Shown in pieces: positions 18,001-28,369 of a stretch of DNA of 64,000 bases; position 1 is the first letter of the stretch, and each line of letters begins with the position of its first letter. The DNA comes from Candidatus Parcubacteria bacterium (lineage in GTDB: Bacteria; Patescibacteriota; Saccharimonadia; UBA4664; JBIOIQ01): positions 947,691 to 1,011,690 of the forward strand of contig OY970378.1 of the NCBI GenBank assembly GCA_963718875.1, written 5' to 3'. The notes beneath the pieces were generated by a model. The model had not been told where the DNA came from. It was given only the letters and a program-made list of their open reading frames with translations, and made no database searches. The position numbers were made by a program, and so were the translations under genes.

Positions 18001-18207
18001 ATGAGCACCACAGCGAGGCGTACTAGCAGGTACGTCGAGCGAGGAGCGCAGGGTTTGACGCCGGGATGTGCCAATTAGGGACTTAAAGCCAACTACCTGA
18101 GTGCAGTTCGGATGCAAGATCGAGTACCGTAACCGAGCCGTAGTTGGACCTACGGTGAGGGCGGAACGCAGATATTGCGCCGAAATGTGCCAGGGAGGTT
18201 GGTTTAA
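18001..18207. repeat. Two adjacent copies (one partial) of a ~120-bp fold-back element (family D)
   Basis: GAGGCGTAC-N6-GTACG and GAGCCGTAG-N6-CTACGG cores; TTAAAGCCAAC/GTTGGTTTAA ends; sibling at 36433-36554. Confidence 0.7.
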
Positions 18208-19520
18208 TAGATGTAGCGGAAGGAGCTGGCGGAGGTAGTCCGGCGAGTAATGCGGCCAAAGTTACCACCATAGTTCATTTCACTAATCGTAACCATGCCT
18301 CCTGAGACAGACTCTACGTATCCAACGTGACCGTAATAACCGGCGCCGGTCCAGGCAATCGCTCCAACGGCTGGCTCGGAGCCAACAGAGTAGCCGCTAA
18401 ACTGTGCGTTGTAATACCAGTCCCTGGCGTTGCCCCAAAAAGGAGGGACGCTGCGGCGGCTCGCCACATACCAAGTACAGTTTCCCCAAGCGTAGGTGTT
18501 GTTGCTGTACCCACCAACAAAGCCGTACGAAGGCAGGGCGAATGAGGGGGCGGGCGCAATTAATGGAGCGGCGACTGGTTTGGGGGCTTCTTGAATTTGC
18601 CCGTCAGGTATAATAATTTGTTGTCCAGGAGTAAGACCTTTGACATCGGCATCATTATATTCTGCCAGTTGTGCGTCGTTAGCCTGGTACCTTGCAGCAA
18701 TGCTAGCTGTTGTGTCACCCGCTTGGACGGTATAAAGAACTCCCGTTACAGGGAGGATTTTTAAAGCTTGTCCGGGTGTGAGACTATCGGCATCAGCAAG
18801 ATTGTTGGCCCAACGAATGGTATTTGACGTAATGCCAAACTTTGTTGCAATTTGAGATAAGGTGTCGCCTGGCTGAACGTTATAGCTGGTAATGGTATGG
18901 CTGGCGGGCTGCGTTGTGGTGACAACCTGACGCTTAGCAAGTACGCCTTCGTTGCCTGCCAATGCGACTTGGCTTGATAACTGCGAGGCAGTTTTGGTAG
19001 CGTCAGCTGACACCAACATGTTGGTGCCTTGGGCCAAATTGGCCGCTACTTCGGCTTGGGAAGTTGTATCGAGCGAAGCGCCAAACCCGGTAGAATTTTG
19101 GTTCAATGCACTTACAAGCGTTGTGCGGGTAGTGATGCTAGTAGCGTGTGCTCCGATAATAACTAAGCTTGCGCCAGCAATTAATCCAGCGTGCGCTAAA
19201 ACACGCGGTTTACCGGTGATAACAGTGAGGCGTTTACTAATACTAAGACTAAAGTTGTAGGCCCGGACAAGGTTCGGACGATGAATTTTCGTAATGTGCC
19301 GGGCATAAGCCCATGCAGTTTTGAGGGATAGCGTTGGTTTTACGCTGGATTTTAGTTTCGAAAAAGTCTTTGCGGTTCCGGCTCCAGTAGCCCACGGGGC
19401 TTGCTGAAACGAATCGAGGGAGCCGCTTAGGGCTTCTCTACTAATAAGCTGTCTCCACCTCACAAGTTTCCAAGTGAGTGCTACCAGACATCTTACTCTC
19501 CAACTGTTTGTTAGAGACAA
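18204..19520 (-). CDS. LysM(x2)-CHAP peptidoglycan hydrolase
   Basis: YNVQPGDTLSQIA and YTVQAGDT LysM repeats; GNCTWY, GHVGYVE and SEMNY CHAP motifs. Confidence 0.92.
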   Translation of the reverse strand: MSLTNSWRVRCLVALTWKLVRWRQLISREALSGSLDSFQQAPWATGAGTAKTFSKLKSSVKPTLSLKTAWAYARHITKIHRPNLVRAYNFSLSISKRLTVITGKPRVLAHAGLIAGASLVIIGAHATSITTRTTLVSALNQNSTGFGASLDTTSQAEVAANLAQGTNMLVSADATKTASQLSSQVALAGNEGVLAKRQVVTTTQPASHTITSYNVQPGDTLSQIATKFGITSNTIRWANNLADADSLTPGQALKILPVTGVLYTVQAGDTTASIAARYQANDAQLAEYNDADVKGLTPGQQIIIPDGQIQEAPKPVAAPLIAPAPSFALPSYGFVGGYSNNTYAWGNCTWYVASRRSVPPFWGNARDWYYNAQFSGYSVGSEPAVGAIAWTGAGYYGHVGYVESVSGGMVTISEMNYGGNFGRITRRTTSASSFRYIY

Positions 19521-19798
19521 GAGGAGTTCGACCGTTAGTTAATCCTCTGTTTCGATGTCTTTAGGTAGGCAAGATGTAAGGTCAGCGTGGGGTTCCCCCA
19601 GATGTTTACGCTAATGCTTACAAATATACGTTAGTAGTTTATCAACTGAATATTGGGGTGTCAAATCAGATTTACAAGAATATACATTGACACAATTTTT
19701 GGCTATACTACAGCCAAAAATTGGGGACTGAGGGTTGGTTGGTAGGGATTAAAGGTAGAAAATATGTCCCATCTACTAACTACTAGGCCCTGGTCCCT

Positions 19799-20839
19799 TT
19801 ATTTAAGGTACTTACTAATATTTGCATTGTGCTGATCCAAAGTGTGGGCAAAATGGGTTTTACCATTTTTGTCGGCAATAAAATAAGTGTAGTCGGTTTT
19901 AGCGGGATGGGCGGCCGCATTAAGAGCGTCAAGTCCTGGACTACATATGGGCCCCACTGGCAGCCCTTTATAGCGGTAAGTATTAAAGGGTGAATCAAGC
20001 TGGGTGTTGAATGGCTGGCCGGTTTGGATGGAGGCGTATATGACGGTGACATCACTTTGTAGTGCCTGGCCTGAAGCCAGACGGCTCAAGAATACCTGAG
20101 CAACAATTGGGCGGTCACTGGCGTTTGCGACTTCATGTTCAATTATCGAAGCCAAGGTAAGTCCTTGATGCAACGAAAGGCCCTGAGCGGCGAACGCATC
20201 TATTAAGTTTGTTGAGATTTTTTGGTCAAAGGCAGTAACCATTTTTTGTATTAGTTGGTGGGCAGTTGTAGAGTTTGTCATTTGATAGCCTTCGGGGAAT
20301 AAATAGCCCTCTAAATCCACCTCTTTGGGTCGCTGAGCAAGATATTTGCCGTCGTATGAGTCTTTTAAGGCGGCCTTGAACTGGCCGGGGGTAATACCAT
20401 GCTTGGCGGCAAGCGCTTCAATCTTAACTAATGTTGAGCCCTCAGGAATTACCAGCAAATTGCTCTTTATTTTACCTTTGCTTAAAATATCGGCGATTTC
20501 GGGCGTAGAAAGTTTACTCGAAAGCGAATAGCTACCTGCCTGAAGAGCACCTCGTAAACCATGTAGGTTTACATAAAATGCAAAAACGTTTTTATCGCGA
20601 ATCAACCCTGCGCTTTTAAGTCGGTTGGCGATTGAAGGCACTCCCATACCTTGGGGTATTTCAAAACTAACTGCTTTAGCTTGACCGGCGCTCATGGGTC
20701 TAAGCTGGTAGCGATAGGCTGCATATAAAGAGGCCGCAAAAAGTCCAAGAAGAATAAGTACTGCCATGAGTGCAACACCTAGCTTTTTTGCAGGCGATCG
20801 CTTGAATTTATACGGTAAATGGTCGTTAATAGGCTTCAT
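19799..20839 (-). CDS. mltG: Endolytic transglycosylase MltG
   Basis: LEGYLFPE, LASIIEHE, LQSDVT, FNTYRYKGLPVGPICSPG. Confidence 0.93.
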   Translation of the reverse strand: MKPINDHLPYKFKRSPAKKLGVALMAVLILLGLFAASLYAAYRYQLRPMSAGQAKAVSFEIPQGMGVPSIANRLKSAGLIRDKNVFAFYVNLHGLRGALQAGSYSLSSKLSTPEIADILSKGKIKSNLLVIPEGSTLVKIEALAAKHGITPGQFKAALKDSYDGKYLAQRPKEVDLEGYLFPEGYQMTNSTTAHQLIQKMVTAFDQKISTNLIDAFAAQGLSLHQGLTLASIIEHEVANASDRPIVAQVFLSRLASGQALQSDVTVIYASIQTGQPFNTQLDSPFNTYRYKGLPVGPICSPGLDALNAAAHPAKTDYTYFIADKNGKTHFAHTLDQHNANISKYLK

Positions 20840-21258
20840 AGCATGTCCAAGTAATCCTGCAATATAATGGCGGCTGCTTCGGCATCAATTTGACCTTTGG
20901 ATGTCAACTTTGAGCCAATGCGCTCCCGAGCCAGCTCGCTAGTACCTGCTTCGTCTTGGAGGTGAATCGGCAAATGCAGGCTTGCAAGTTCGGCAGCAAA
21001 AAAGCGGGTGGCTTTGGTTTGATCGGTTTCTCCCCCATCGAGACCGCGAGGCAAACCAACCACCAGCTCTGTGACTTCATACTGGCGAACGATCTGTTGC
21101 AGGTGGTCCCAGTAGTTTCTGGTGGAGGCGTCTAGAGTTTCAAGTGGAGTAGCTATGCGAGTTTGGCGATTACCAAGAGCCAGCCCAATTCTTTTACTAC
21201 CGTAATCAATTCCTAGATAAACCATTAGGGTTAAGTATAACATCCTCTCCTGGTTCAA
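20836..21258 (-). CDS. ruvX: YqgF/RuvX RNase H-like nuclease
   Basis: LGIDYGSKRIGLA, VVGLP, QDE, IDAEAAAIILQDYL; true start probably ~21225. Confidence 0.92.
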   Translation of the reverse strand: MNQERMLYLTLMVYLGIDYGSKRIGLALGNRQTRIATPLETLDASTRNYWDHLQQIVRQYEVTELVVGLPRGLDGGETDQTKATRFFAAELASLHLPIHLQDEAGTSELARERIGSKLTSKGQIDAEAAAIILQDYLDML

Positions 21259-21308
21259 GTCGGTTTCCGATTATGCTAAACTAAAAGCAATTGATAAGGA
21301 AGCGGCAA

Positions 21309-22073
21309 ATGACAGATCAACCAGGTGGTCCTATAGGAGCTGGGGCAGGCGACCAAGCCGACCATGGCAGCATAGACAATGCAGCAGATACGTTTACTCC
21401 GCTGGTCGATGCAGAAGTCGAAGTGCCTGAGTCAGCCGAACGGATTCAGGCAACTAAAACAGCGCTAGATAAACTAGTGGAGGCGGCTCGACCTTATGCA
21501 CACCGATTTAATCGACCAATTGAGAGAGTGGAGTATGATTATGATCCACTTGCTACACGCCGTGGTGGCGGGCCGCAAGGAGACTTGGTCGAACGAAGAG
21601 TCCCGGTAGATAATGGTGGTGAAGGGCTGGATCAAGTCGACTTTTGGGCGGCAGTGGATGAAGGTGACGAAAGTCAAGGTGAGTACCGTTTAGTATTGGC
21701 TTTTCCTCATGAATCCCCCGCTGAAGGAGCGGGTGATGAACAGGTCATGCTGAGTAGGGAGTCGGCCTATGACCTTGGCTTTAATCCCGCACATGCAATG
21801 GCTTTATAGGCTGGGGCGAGGGTGGCTGGGCGACGCTGGGAGGACTTTTTATACCGAGGCGGGACAACAACGGAAGTTCCCTACCGTGCAGCCGATTTTA
21901 CTTATGTGTTTAGCTATCGACCGACTGGACGTGAGGCAGCTGGCAGTGCCACTCGCGATCAAGTTGATGAGGTCTTGGGTCTCTTGGCCCGCAGTCACAT
22001 CCGTCGCGGCGAGCAAGATGGGCCGAGAGCCGTTGAGCTGGTACCTGAATTAGCCGAGCTAGTCAGCCATTAG
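21309..22073 (+). pseudogene. Acidic hypothetical protein interrupted by one in-frame TAG at 21807-21809
   Basis: ORFs 21291-21809 and 21822-22073 share a frame and are separated by a single stop. Confidence 0.55.
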
Positions 22074-23371
22074 GCAGCTGCTTGGGCCAAGTCACGAAAA
22101 TGGTCCAGCTCCGGGTATGCTTCAATATACCGTTCTAGATGTTGGCTGGGACGGTGTATACCGAGTTCTGGCATATCAAGGTTGATGCGGGGCAAATCGG
22201 ACTCGAACAACTTAACTGAGTTAGTTGGGACTATAAAGGCCGAGCCATCCGGTCCAGTCTCAACCAGCTCGTCAGCCAAACGATATTGACGTCGGATACT
22301 GGCACCATTTTCCGGTTCGTCAATGAATACCAACTGTGGACCGGCTGGGTTGCCCCAGCGTTTTTGGCCAGTTTTGGCCTCTTCGGCGGCAGCTCTTTCA
22401 CTGCGGAGATGTTCAAATAGTCGCTCATCAATAGTTTGACGATGGGACAGCCCGTCTTGGAAGTGCTGCGGCCCACTGCTAATATTATATCCATCTGAGC
22501 TGTAAACCGTATGCCCCCGCCCCATGTCACGGTGCATTTGTGACAGTTCTCCGGCTACGACAGTACTATCATAGTAATGCATGGTGCGTGATGCGTGGCT
22601 TAAGCTGCTAACACTCATGCCTCGGGCAATACTAGGTGCTAAGCCGGCACCGTACAGTTCGGTTAAATCGTCATCTCTGGGATTAAAGACCCAACGTTCT
22701 GCCGTTTCAGCTCCTTCACGCTCAAGGATATCTTGATACTTGGCGGCATAGCGCAAAGCCTTGGCCAAAGTGGTTTTGCCCCTTGCGTTGTCGAAACTAC
22801 AGATAAGTGTAACGCCAGGATTGAACTCCAATACCTCTGGCAACTGGGCTATGGTTTCGAGAATCGCTTTGAGTTCGGCCCGTCGTTCTTCTTTTTTGCG
22901 ACTTGCCTCATCCGGTCTTAACCAGCCCTGAACCTCGAACTCTGGCTCAATGGAGCGGATCATATCCCGATCGAGGTGAACCGTTAATCCAGCCTGTGTT
23001 AGAGCTTCTTTGCGCTCCATAGAAGTTTTTTCTCGAAGAGCTTCGGCTGCTCGGCGATCCTCTTCTTCAGTGGAGGGTTTGGGCGGAGATGGCATGGGTG
23101 CGGCGCGCCCTGGCAGTCTACCGTGACGCGTAACCGTACCTGTTAATGAGCCAAAAGGCGACTCAGCCCAAGGGTCGATGGTAGCCGTATCAGCTTCAGG
23201 AGCACTTGTTCCTGGCGGCACAACAGCTTCATCCACGCCGACTTCCCCATCAGTAGCTAGGCCAGCAGTTTCGGCACCATCCGATGACGCTATCAGATCA
23301 GTGACATCCACCGCCGGATGAAAAACATCGCCTGGTCTGTGGGGCGCTTGTGGCTCAGTCTCGTCAGTCAT
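22070..23371 (-). CDS. Divergent ABC/AAA-type ATPase with a long acidic N-terminal extension
   Basis: DNARGKTT (Walker A-like), LSH, LVFIDEPE (Walker B), VPTNS. Confidence 0.65.
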   Translation of the reverse strand: MTDETEPQAPHRPGDVFHPAVDVTDLIASSDGAETAGLATDGEVGVDEAVVPPGTSAPEADTATIDPWAESPFGSLTGTVTRHGRLPGRAAPMPSPPKPSTEEEDRRAAEALREKTSMERKEALTQAGLTVHLDRDMIRSIEPEFEVQGWLRPDEASRKKEERRAELKAILETIAQLPEVLEFNPGVTLICSFDNARGKTTLAKALRYAAKYQDILEREGAETAERWVFNPRDDDLTELYGAGLAPSIARGMSVSSLSHASRTMHYYDSTVVAGELSQMHRDMGRGHTVYSSDGYNISSGPQHFQDGLSHRQTIDERLFEHLRSERAAAEEAKTGQKRWGNPAGPQLVFIDEPENGASIRRQYRLADELVETGPDGSAFIVPTNSVKLFESDLPRINLDMPELGIHRPSQHLERYIEAYPELDHFRDLAQAAA

Positions 23372-23373
23372 GT

Positions 23374-25046
23374 TTAATTCCCGCTAGCAACTTTTACTTC
23401 AACTTTAATATGACTGGTGATGCGAGGGAGTTTGGATGACCATGGAGGGGAAAGCTTTACCTCCGCTTTAGAAACGCCAGGAAGTTTGCCAGCAAGGTCG
23501 GTGGCGTCGCCGTAACGCTTACCAGTGAGCTGCTTGGCAATAGCAGTGGTATCCAGCTTGGCGCCACCAAATGCGGTGGTGTCAAAAGTAAACGTTGACG
23601 CTGCTCCGGGGTCTAGCTTAACCGGCGTGATACTCAAGCTGCCTGCACCATCATCATAAATTTGACTCCCTGGCCCAATTTGTTTCAGCTCTTGGGCTTT
23701 TAAAACATCACTGAGCTCTGTTTTATCTACCGCAAACATAGAGTAGCTTACTTTTACGTCAACTACTGTTTGGTCGGCCTGCGCTCCCACTGCGGGATTG
23801 GCCGTTATAGTGCCTTGGGCGGTCGAAAATGATTCTTTGATAACTCGCGTGCCGCTAGGAACTTTGTTCTCCAAATCTTTTTGAGCTCCTTCCTTGTCTT
23901 TAGCAAGTAAATCAGCTACAGCCTTATCGACATCGGCTTGTGTCACGACACTAACCGTTTTCGAAGTCCCTCCTGACATTTGGCCTCCAGTACCGTTGAT
24001 ATAGGGTTGTTGGGCGGCGTTGAGTCCAGGAATAGTATATTTGATTCCGCTAGCCAAATTGTACTGGTCGCCACTCGCCTCGGCTTGAACCGCCACAGTT
24101 ACTGCACCAGCTTTGGCGCAACCCAAAATATTAACATTACCACCTGGCACCGTGGCATCTGCGGTGCTAACAAAAATCAGGCCGCCAGGAGATTTAAAAC
24201 GAGTCCCGGCCACGAAGGTGTGGGGGCTATTATCAAAACAGTTGTTGATGGTCATGTTGCCGGCTGCTTTGGTACCGACATCTTGTTTGCCCGTGGCGCT
24301 AGTTGTAGTAGTGAGGTCGTGGCTGGAAGTAAGGTTTGTGGCAGCCAAAACGGCCTTTTCGGCATCGCCGACTTTGATAGTAGGGTCAACTGTAGCCGTG
24401 AAGTTTGTAGTAATTTTTGATCCTTGGGCAAACAGAGTTACGGTGGCGCTAGCAATAAAATAGTTCAATACAAACAATGCAATAACTGCTGTGGCCGCAA
24501 TGCCTCCCCACAATAAGCGTTTTTGCATTTTGTTGAAATCCGGCACCTTGCCAGTTCCTTTGCTAACTTGTGTCCCAGTATCGCCCTCTATGGCTTTTCG
24601 TACTATCATGGGCTTGGCATAACTCGGCTTATTGCCGACATTTAACACCTGACCATTAACGTTTGACACGTGAGGATCGGCTACCTCATCTTCGAGCGGA
24701 TTTGGCGCGGTTGTCTCGTCGGGCTCATCTTCCGCTTCAATTTCATCGCTAGACTGGGGTTGCGGTTTGGCCTCGGTAATTTCAGGTTGACTTGTAATAG
24801 TACTCGCTACTGGCAGTCCGACCCGGCCAGCTAAGTGAGCCGAGGTGCGGTCGCCAGTTACAAGCACCAGTTTTTTACCAGCATCATCGGCGGCTTTTTA
24901 AGCAGTTTGAGATTAACGATGCTCTGCAACAAGGTAGATCGTTTAGGTACAACAATTTTTACGCTTGCGCCCGGCATTTTGGTCAACCGGTCGATAGCGG
25001 CAGTTATTTCCTCGTCAGCCTCAAGATATAATACTTCGTTATTCAT
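23374..25046 (-). CDS. Baseplate-J/gp47-like membrane protein (CPR ftsA-adjacent type), frameshifted at ~24895
   Basis: YLEADEEITAAID...LQSIVNLKLLK continues in another frame as LVLVT; TM helix then VAVQAEASGDQYNL. Confidence 0.7.
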
Positions 25047-25154
25047 CAGTAACTCCAAGTAACAAGCAACGAGAAACAAGAAACAAACAACTTCCAACTC
25101 CCAAACTTCCAAAACACAGACTGCTGCGGCTTGGAATTGCTATTGGGCGCCTAA

Positions 25155-25190
25155 CTGTATCTTGTATCTTGTATCTTGTATCTTGCATAA
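25155..25190. repeat. Heptamer tandem repeat (TATCTTG)n
   Basis: GTATCTTGTATCTTGTATCTTGTATCTTG. Confidence 0.85.
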
Positions 25191-25193
25191 TGC

Positions 25194-26456
25194 TTAGTTA
25201 CTTATAGCTCGACTTAATTTGGCCATAATGCTATCGGTTATACCCTCTGAATGTATCACATCCAGTCCAATATTCGCGAGACCCATGGGAGTAATATCAG
25301 CAAAACTAGTGAGGTTTCCGGTGGTATCCACCACTCGATTAACCTCCTTGGGGCTAATGTGACTAACGCTAGGCTGACGGGCAAAAGCTAATTTTTTAAA
25401 CCAGGTGCGTCCGCGCAAGGCTGTCATGATTTGAGGAAGTCCTGTACCACCACCGCAGAGTAAAATTTTGGAGGGTAGGTGGTCGACCTTATCGAACTCG
25501 GACAACGAGAGTTCCACTCCCGACAGCCACACCTTGACGTCATTTTCTAAAGCTTTCTCTACTTGGGCAGCGGCGGAGGGTTTAAGTTTTCCAGCACCAT
25601 AATCAAGTTTAATTTTTTCGGCTTTTTCGAAACTGGCATTGGCTACTTGGGCAATGCGCTTGGTGAAACTACGGCCACCAATGGCAAACATTTTGGTCCC
25701 TTCAACTCCACCATTATTAACTAGGGCAATATCGGTTGTGCCACCGCCGATGTCAATGAATATGGCACTAAACTCATTTGAATCTTGTTGACCAACGGAC
25801 TTAGCTACTGCAAATGGCTCCGCTGCTACGTTTATAAGGTTCAGGTCCAGGTTGTTGGCTACTGTCTGTAGTGCGCCTAAGTGCACCATGGGCGCAAAGG
25901 CGCAAAAAAGTTGGATGTTGACGTCCCGACCCTGGAAGCCGATGGGGTTGGTAACACGGTAGCCATCGATCTGGACATCCACAATGGCGGTATTTACCAG
26001 CTGAACTTCAATCTCCTTATATCCAGTTTCCCATGCCAGCTGCTCTCGTGCCCGCTCAAATGCCCTCATTTGGACGCGGTCAAGAATTTTGCGCAATTCA
26101 GCTAAATCAATTGGTTCGGCAGGGTGGTTGCGTTTGTACTTGATGTTGGTAGAAGTGCCTTTTACAAGCTCACCGGCAATGCCAATGACAGTGTCTTTAG
26201 CCACAACACCACTCATTTTTTCGGCCGCACGCAGGGCTAAATCACAATTTTCGGTAACACCGGCAATGTCTGTAACGGCGCCAGATTGCATGTCAGTTAG
26301 GCGCTGGCGCTGTCGGCCCACCCCAATAACCCCAGCTGTATCACCGTTAACTTTGGCGATTAAAGCTTTGACAAACTCGGTGCCGATATCAAGTGCAATG
26401 ATGTGCTCGGTTTGATCTCGATTGCGCAATCTAACAAATTTTTGCAACAGCTTCAT
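25194..26456 (-). CDS. ftsA: Cell division protein FtsA
   Basis: ALDIGTE, AAEPFA, IDIGGGTTD and LCGGG actin-like motifs. Confidence 0.9.
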   Translation of the reverse strand: MKLLQKFVRLRNRDQTEHIIALDIGTEFVKALIAKVNGDTAGVIGVGRQRQRLTDMQSGAVTDIAGVTENCDLALRAAEKMSGVVAKDTVIGIAGELVKGTSTNIKYKRNHPAEPIDLAELRKILDRVQMRAFERAREQLAWETGYKEIEVQLVNTAIVDVQIDGYRVTNPIGFQGRDVNIQLFCAFAPMVHLGALQTVANNLDLNLINVAAEPFAVAKSVGQQDSNEFSAIFIDIGGGTTDIALVNNGGVEGTKMFAIGGRSFTKRIAQVANASFEKAEKIKLDYGAGKLKPSAAAQVEKALENDVKVWLSGVELSLSEFDKVDHLPSKILLCGGGTGLPQIMTALRGRTWFKKLAFARQPSVSHISPKEVNRVVDTTGNLTSFADITPMGLANIGLDVIHSEGITDSIMAKLSRAISN

Positions 26457-26461
26457 ACGGC

Positions 26462-26586
26462 GTCGTCCTCAATAGAAAGGCTAGTTTCAAGTTTTATTTT
26501 TTTAAGTGAATTAACCGCTTCTGATCGGAGATCCAGCCGATTTCCTGCCGTGAGCGCTCCTCTCTCGCTTCCGATAGGGAACAATG
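26462..26586. repeat. REP-like family C composite element
   Basis: GTCGTCCTCAATAGAAAGG...CCGCTTCTGATCGGAGATCCAG...TTCCGATAGGGAA, homologous to the obgE insert at 15195-15341. Confidence 0.8.
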
Positions 26587-26800
26587 TGGGAACTGAAGCT
26601 CGAAGACCGATCTCCCAAGTGGGCAAAATTCGTGCTTGGAGTTTGGGCATTAGAGCTTGTTTGATCATTGCTTGTTGCTTTGTTATTGCTTAGTATTGTA
26701 CCTCTTATGCTACGTCAAGTAAAATTGACATTTTACACTTAAAATGATCAAAATAAGGTACATCTGGCCGCTCGGGCTGGACTCACATAAGGAGGCCGAG

Positions 26801-27166
26801 ATGGCCATTGATCAAGCGCTTCAACTCGGCGACGTCATGACGTCGCTTTGGGGTATGCGCCACCTGGCGTTTTATTTAGCTGAGGACATCGGGCCCGACA
26901 GTCGACCGGTACTGGATGGTCAAATCTTCCTGTAAGAGTGTGGCCCTTTTGGGGGTATCCCGACTCGGAGCGATATCACAGACGGGCCCGAACTCAGAAG
27001 ACCACATTTCGCCTCCCCGAGCAGCCTTCAGATCTCGGTAGTTCCTTGGAGTGTACGGGATCGAGCAGTTTGCGGTGAGGCAATCGAGGTGCACTACCTC
27101 GGTTTCGATTCGAGTGGTGAACGATTGCCCGGAACAACCATCACGGTTGGACCGGTGCTCGCCTAG
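26801..27166 (+). pseudogene. Hypothetical protein with an in-frame TAA at 26933-26935
   Basis: TAAGGAGG RBS; same frame stays open 76 more codons to TAG. Confidence 0.55.
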
Positions 27167-27421
27167 CGGTCAAGATCGCCGGGCGGTGCCTTGCATGGAG
27201 TCGCCTCCCATGTATGCGACATCGCCGCGGTACCCCGGCCGGCGGAGAGCGGTGCCCACCTCTCTCCGCCGGCCGGCTCTCTTTCAATTACCGCACGCTT
27301 GAGCACCCGCCATGTGCGGTTTTTTTGTAGTTCTACGGATTGACTCAGACAGGCAAAATAGGTAAACTAAGCAGTACTTGTCAAATCGACAGGAGTTCCA
27401 CCCGAGCCCCAAAGGAGGGCA

Positions 27422-28234
27422 GTGTCTAAATCAGCCCCTGACGATGACGGCCCTTCCGAGGGCTATCAGGCTGTAATACCTTTCGAAGAAGCGCGCCTGG
27501 TTGCCGCCGCCAAGGCGGGAGATTCCAACGCACTTACAGCATTGGTTGAAGCTACCCAAGCCGATGTCTACACTTTGGCTTACCGCATTGTTGGTAACGA
27601 AGATGATGCCCGTGACGTAGTGCAGGAGGCGTACCTTCGAGCATTCCGATCGCTCAGGCGGTTCCGTGGTGACGCCAGATTCTCAACCTGGATGTTTCGT
27701 ATCACCGCTAACTGCGCCGCTACGCATTTGACGGGGCGATCAAAGTTTCGACATGAAGAGCTCGGTGACGATGACAACGTGCTGGACGAGAGGCCAGAAT
27801 CCGATCCTGAGGCTATGGCCGAAGCAGGGGCTCTGAGGGACAAAGTAACGGCCGCGTTGGCTAGTCTTCCTCCCAAATTAAGAGCCGTAGTAGTGCTGCG
27901 AGATGTTTACGACCTGCCCCACGATGTCATTGCAAGCGAATTGGGTATTACGGAGTCCGCGGCCAAGGTACGCTTGCATCGCGCCCGACGGAAGCTCCGG
28001 GAGAGGCTTTTCCCGGTCCCCCAGGTTGACCACCCTACCTATGATCATCAAGCAGCTATGGAAAAGCCCACTCTGCCGGAAGTCATACAAATGAGACAAC
28101 GAGGTCTCACCTTTCGACAGATTGGTGACATCCTGAGTGTATCCGCGGGTGCCGCCCAAAAAAGACACAAGCGAGCAGAAGAGCTATTGGCCCCGGAGAA
28201 TGGCTCGCATGAGCCCACGGCAATGGAGGGGTGA
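27422..28234 (+). CDS. ECF sigma-70 factor of actinobacterial type with an extra C-terminal HTH
   Basis: DARDVVQEAYLRAF, FSTWMFRIT, AAKVRLHRARRKLR; promoter TTGACT-N17-TAAACT; GGAGG RBS. Confidence 0.92.
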   Translation: MSKSAPDDDGPSEGYQAVIPFEEARLVAAAKAGDSNALTALVEATQADVYTLAYRIVGNEDDARDVVQEAYLRAFRSLRRFRGDARFSTWMFRITANCAATHLTGRSKFRHEELGDDDNVLDERPESDPEAMAEAGALRDKVTAALASLPPKLRAVVVLRDVYDLPHDVIASELGITESAAKVRLHRARRKLRERLFPVPQVDHPTYDHQAAMEKPTLPEVIQMRQRGLTFRQIGDILSVSAGAAQKRHKRAEELLAPENGSHEPTAMEG

Positions 28235-28369
28235 GGAAGCAATTAGCTTCACCCCTCCGGTGGCCCGTTTGACACGTTTGTGTTGAGCGGGTCCTATTCT
28301 TTTATGGGCTTTTATGATATAAATTTTGTGACTTTTACGCATACCGACAGCTTGGCGAAAGGATGAGCC

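Noticed and set aside
23374-25046. Prophage suggested by the baseplate-J-like gene
   Set aside because: No other phage genes; this membrane-anchored gene next to ftsA appears chromosomal
26453-26668. 71-aa ORF upstream of ftsA
   Set aside because: Largely composed of the family C repeat; likely spurious
21807-26935. Alternative genetic code suggested by in-frame stops
   Set aside because: The two stops differ (TAG, TAA), and core genes terminate normally with TAA, TAG and TGA
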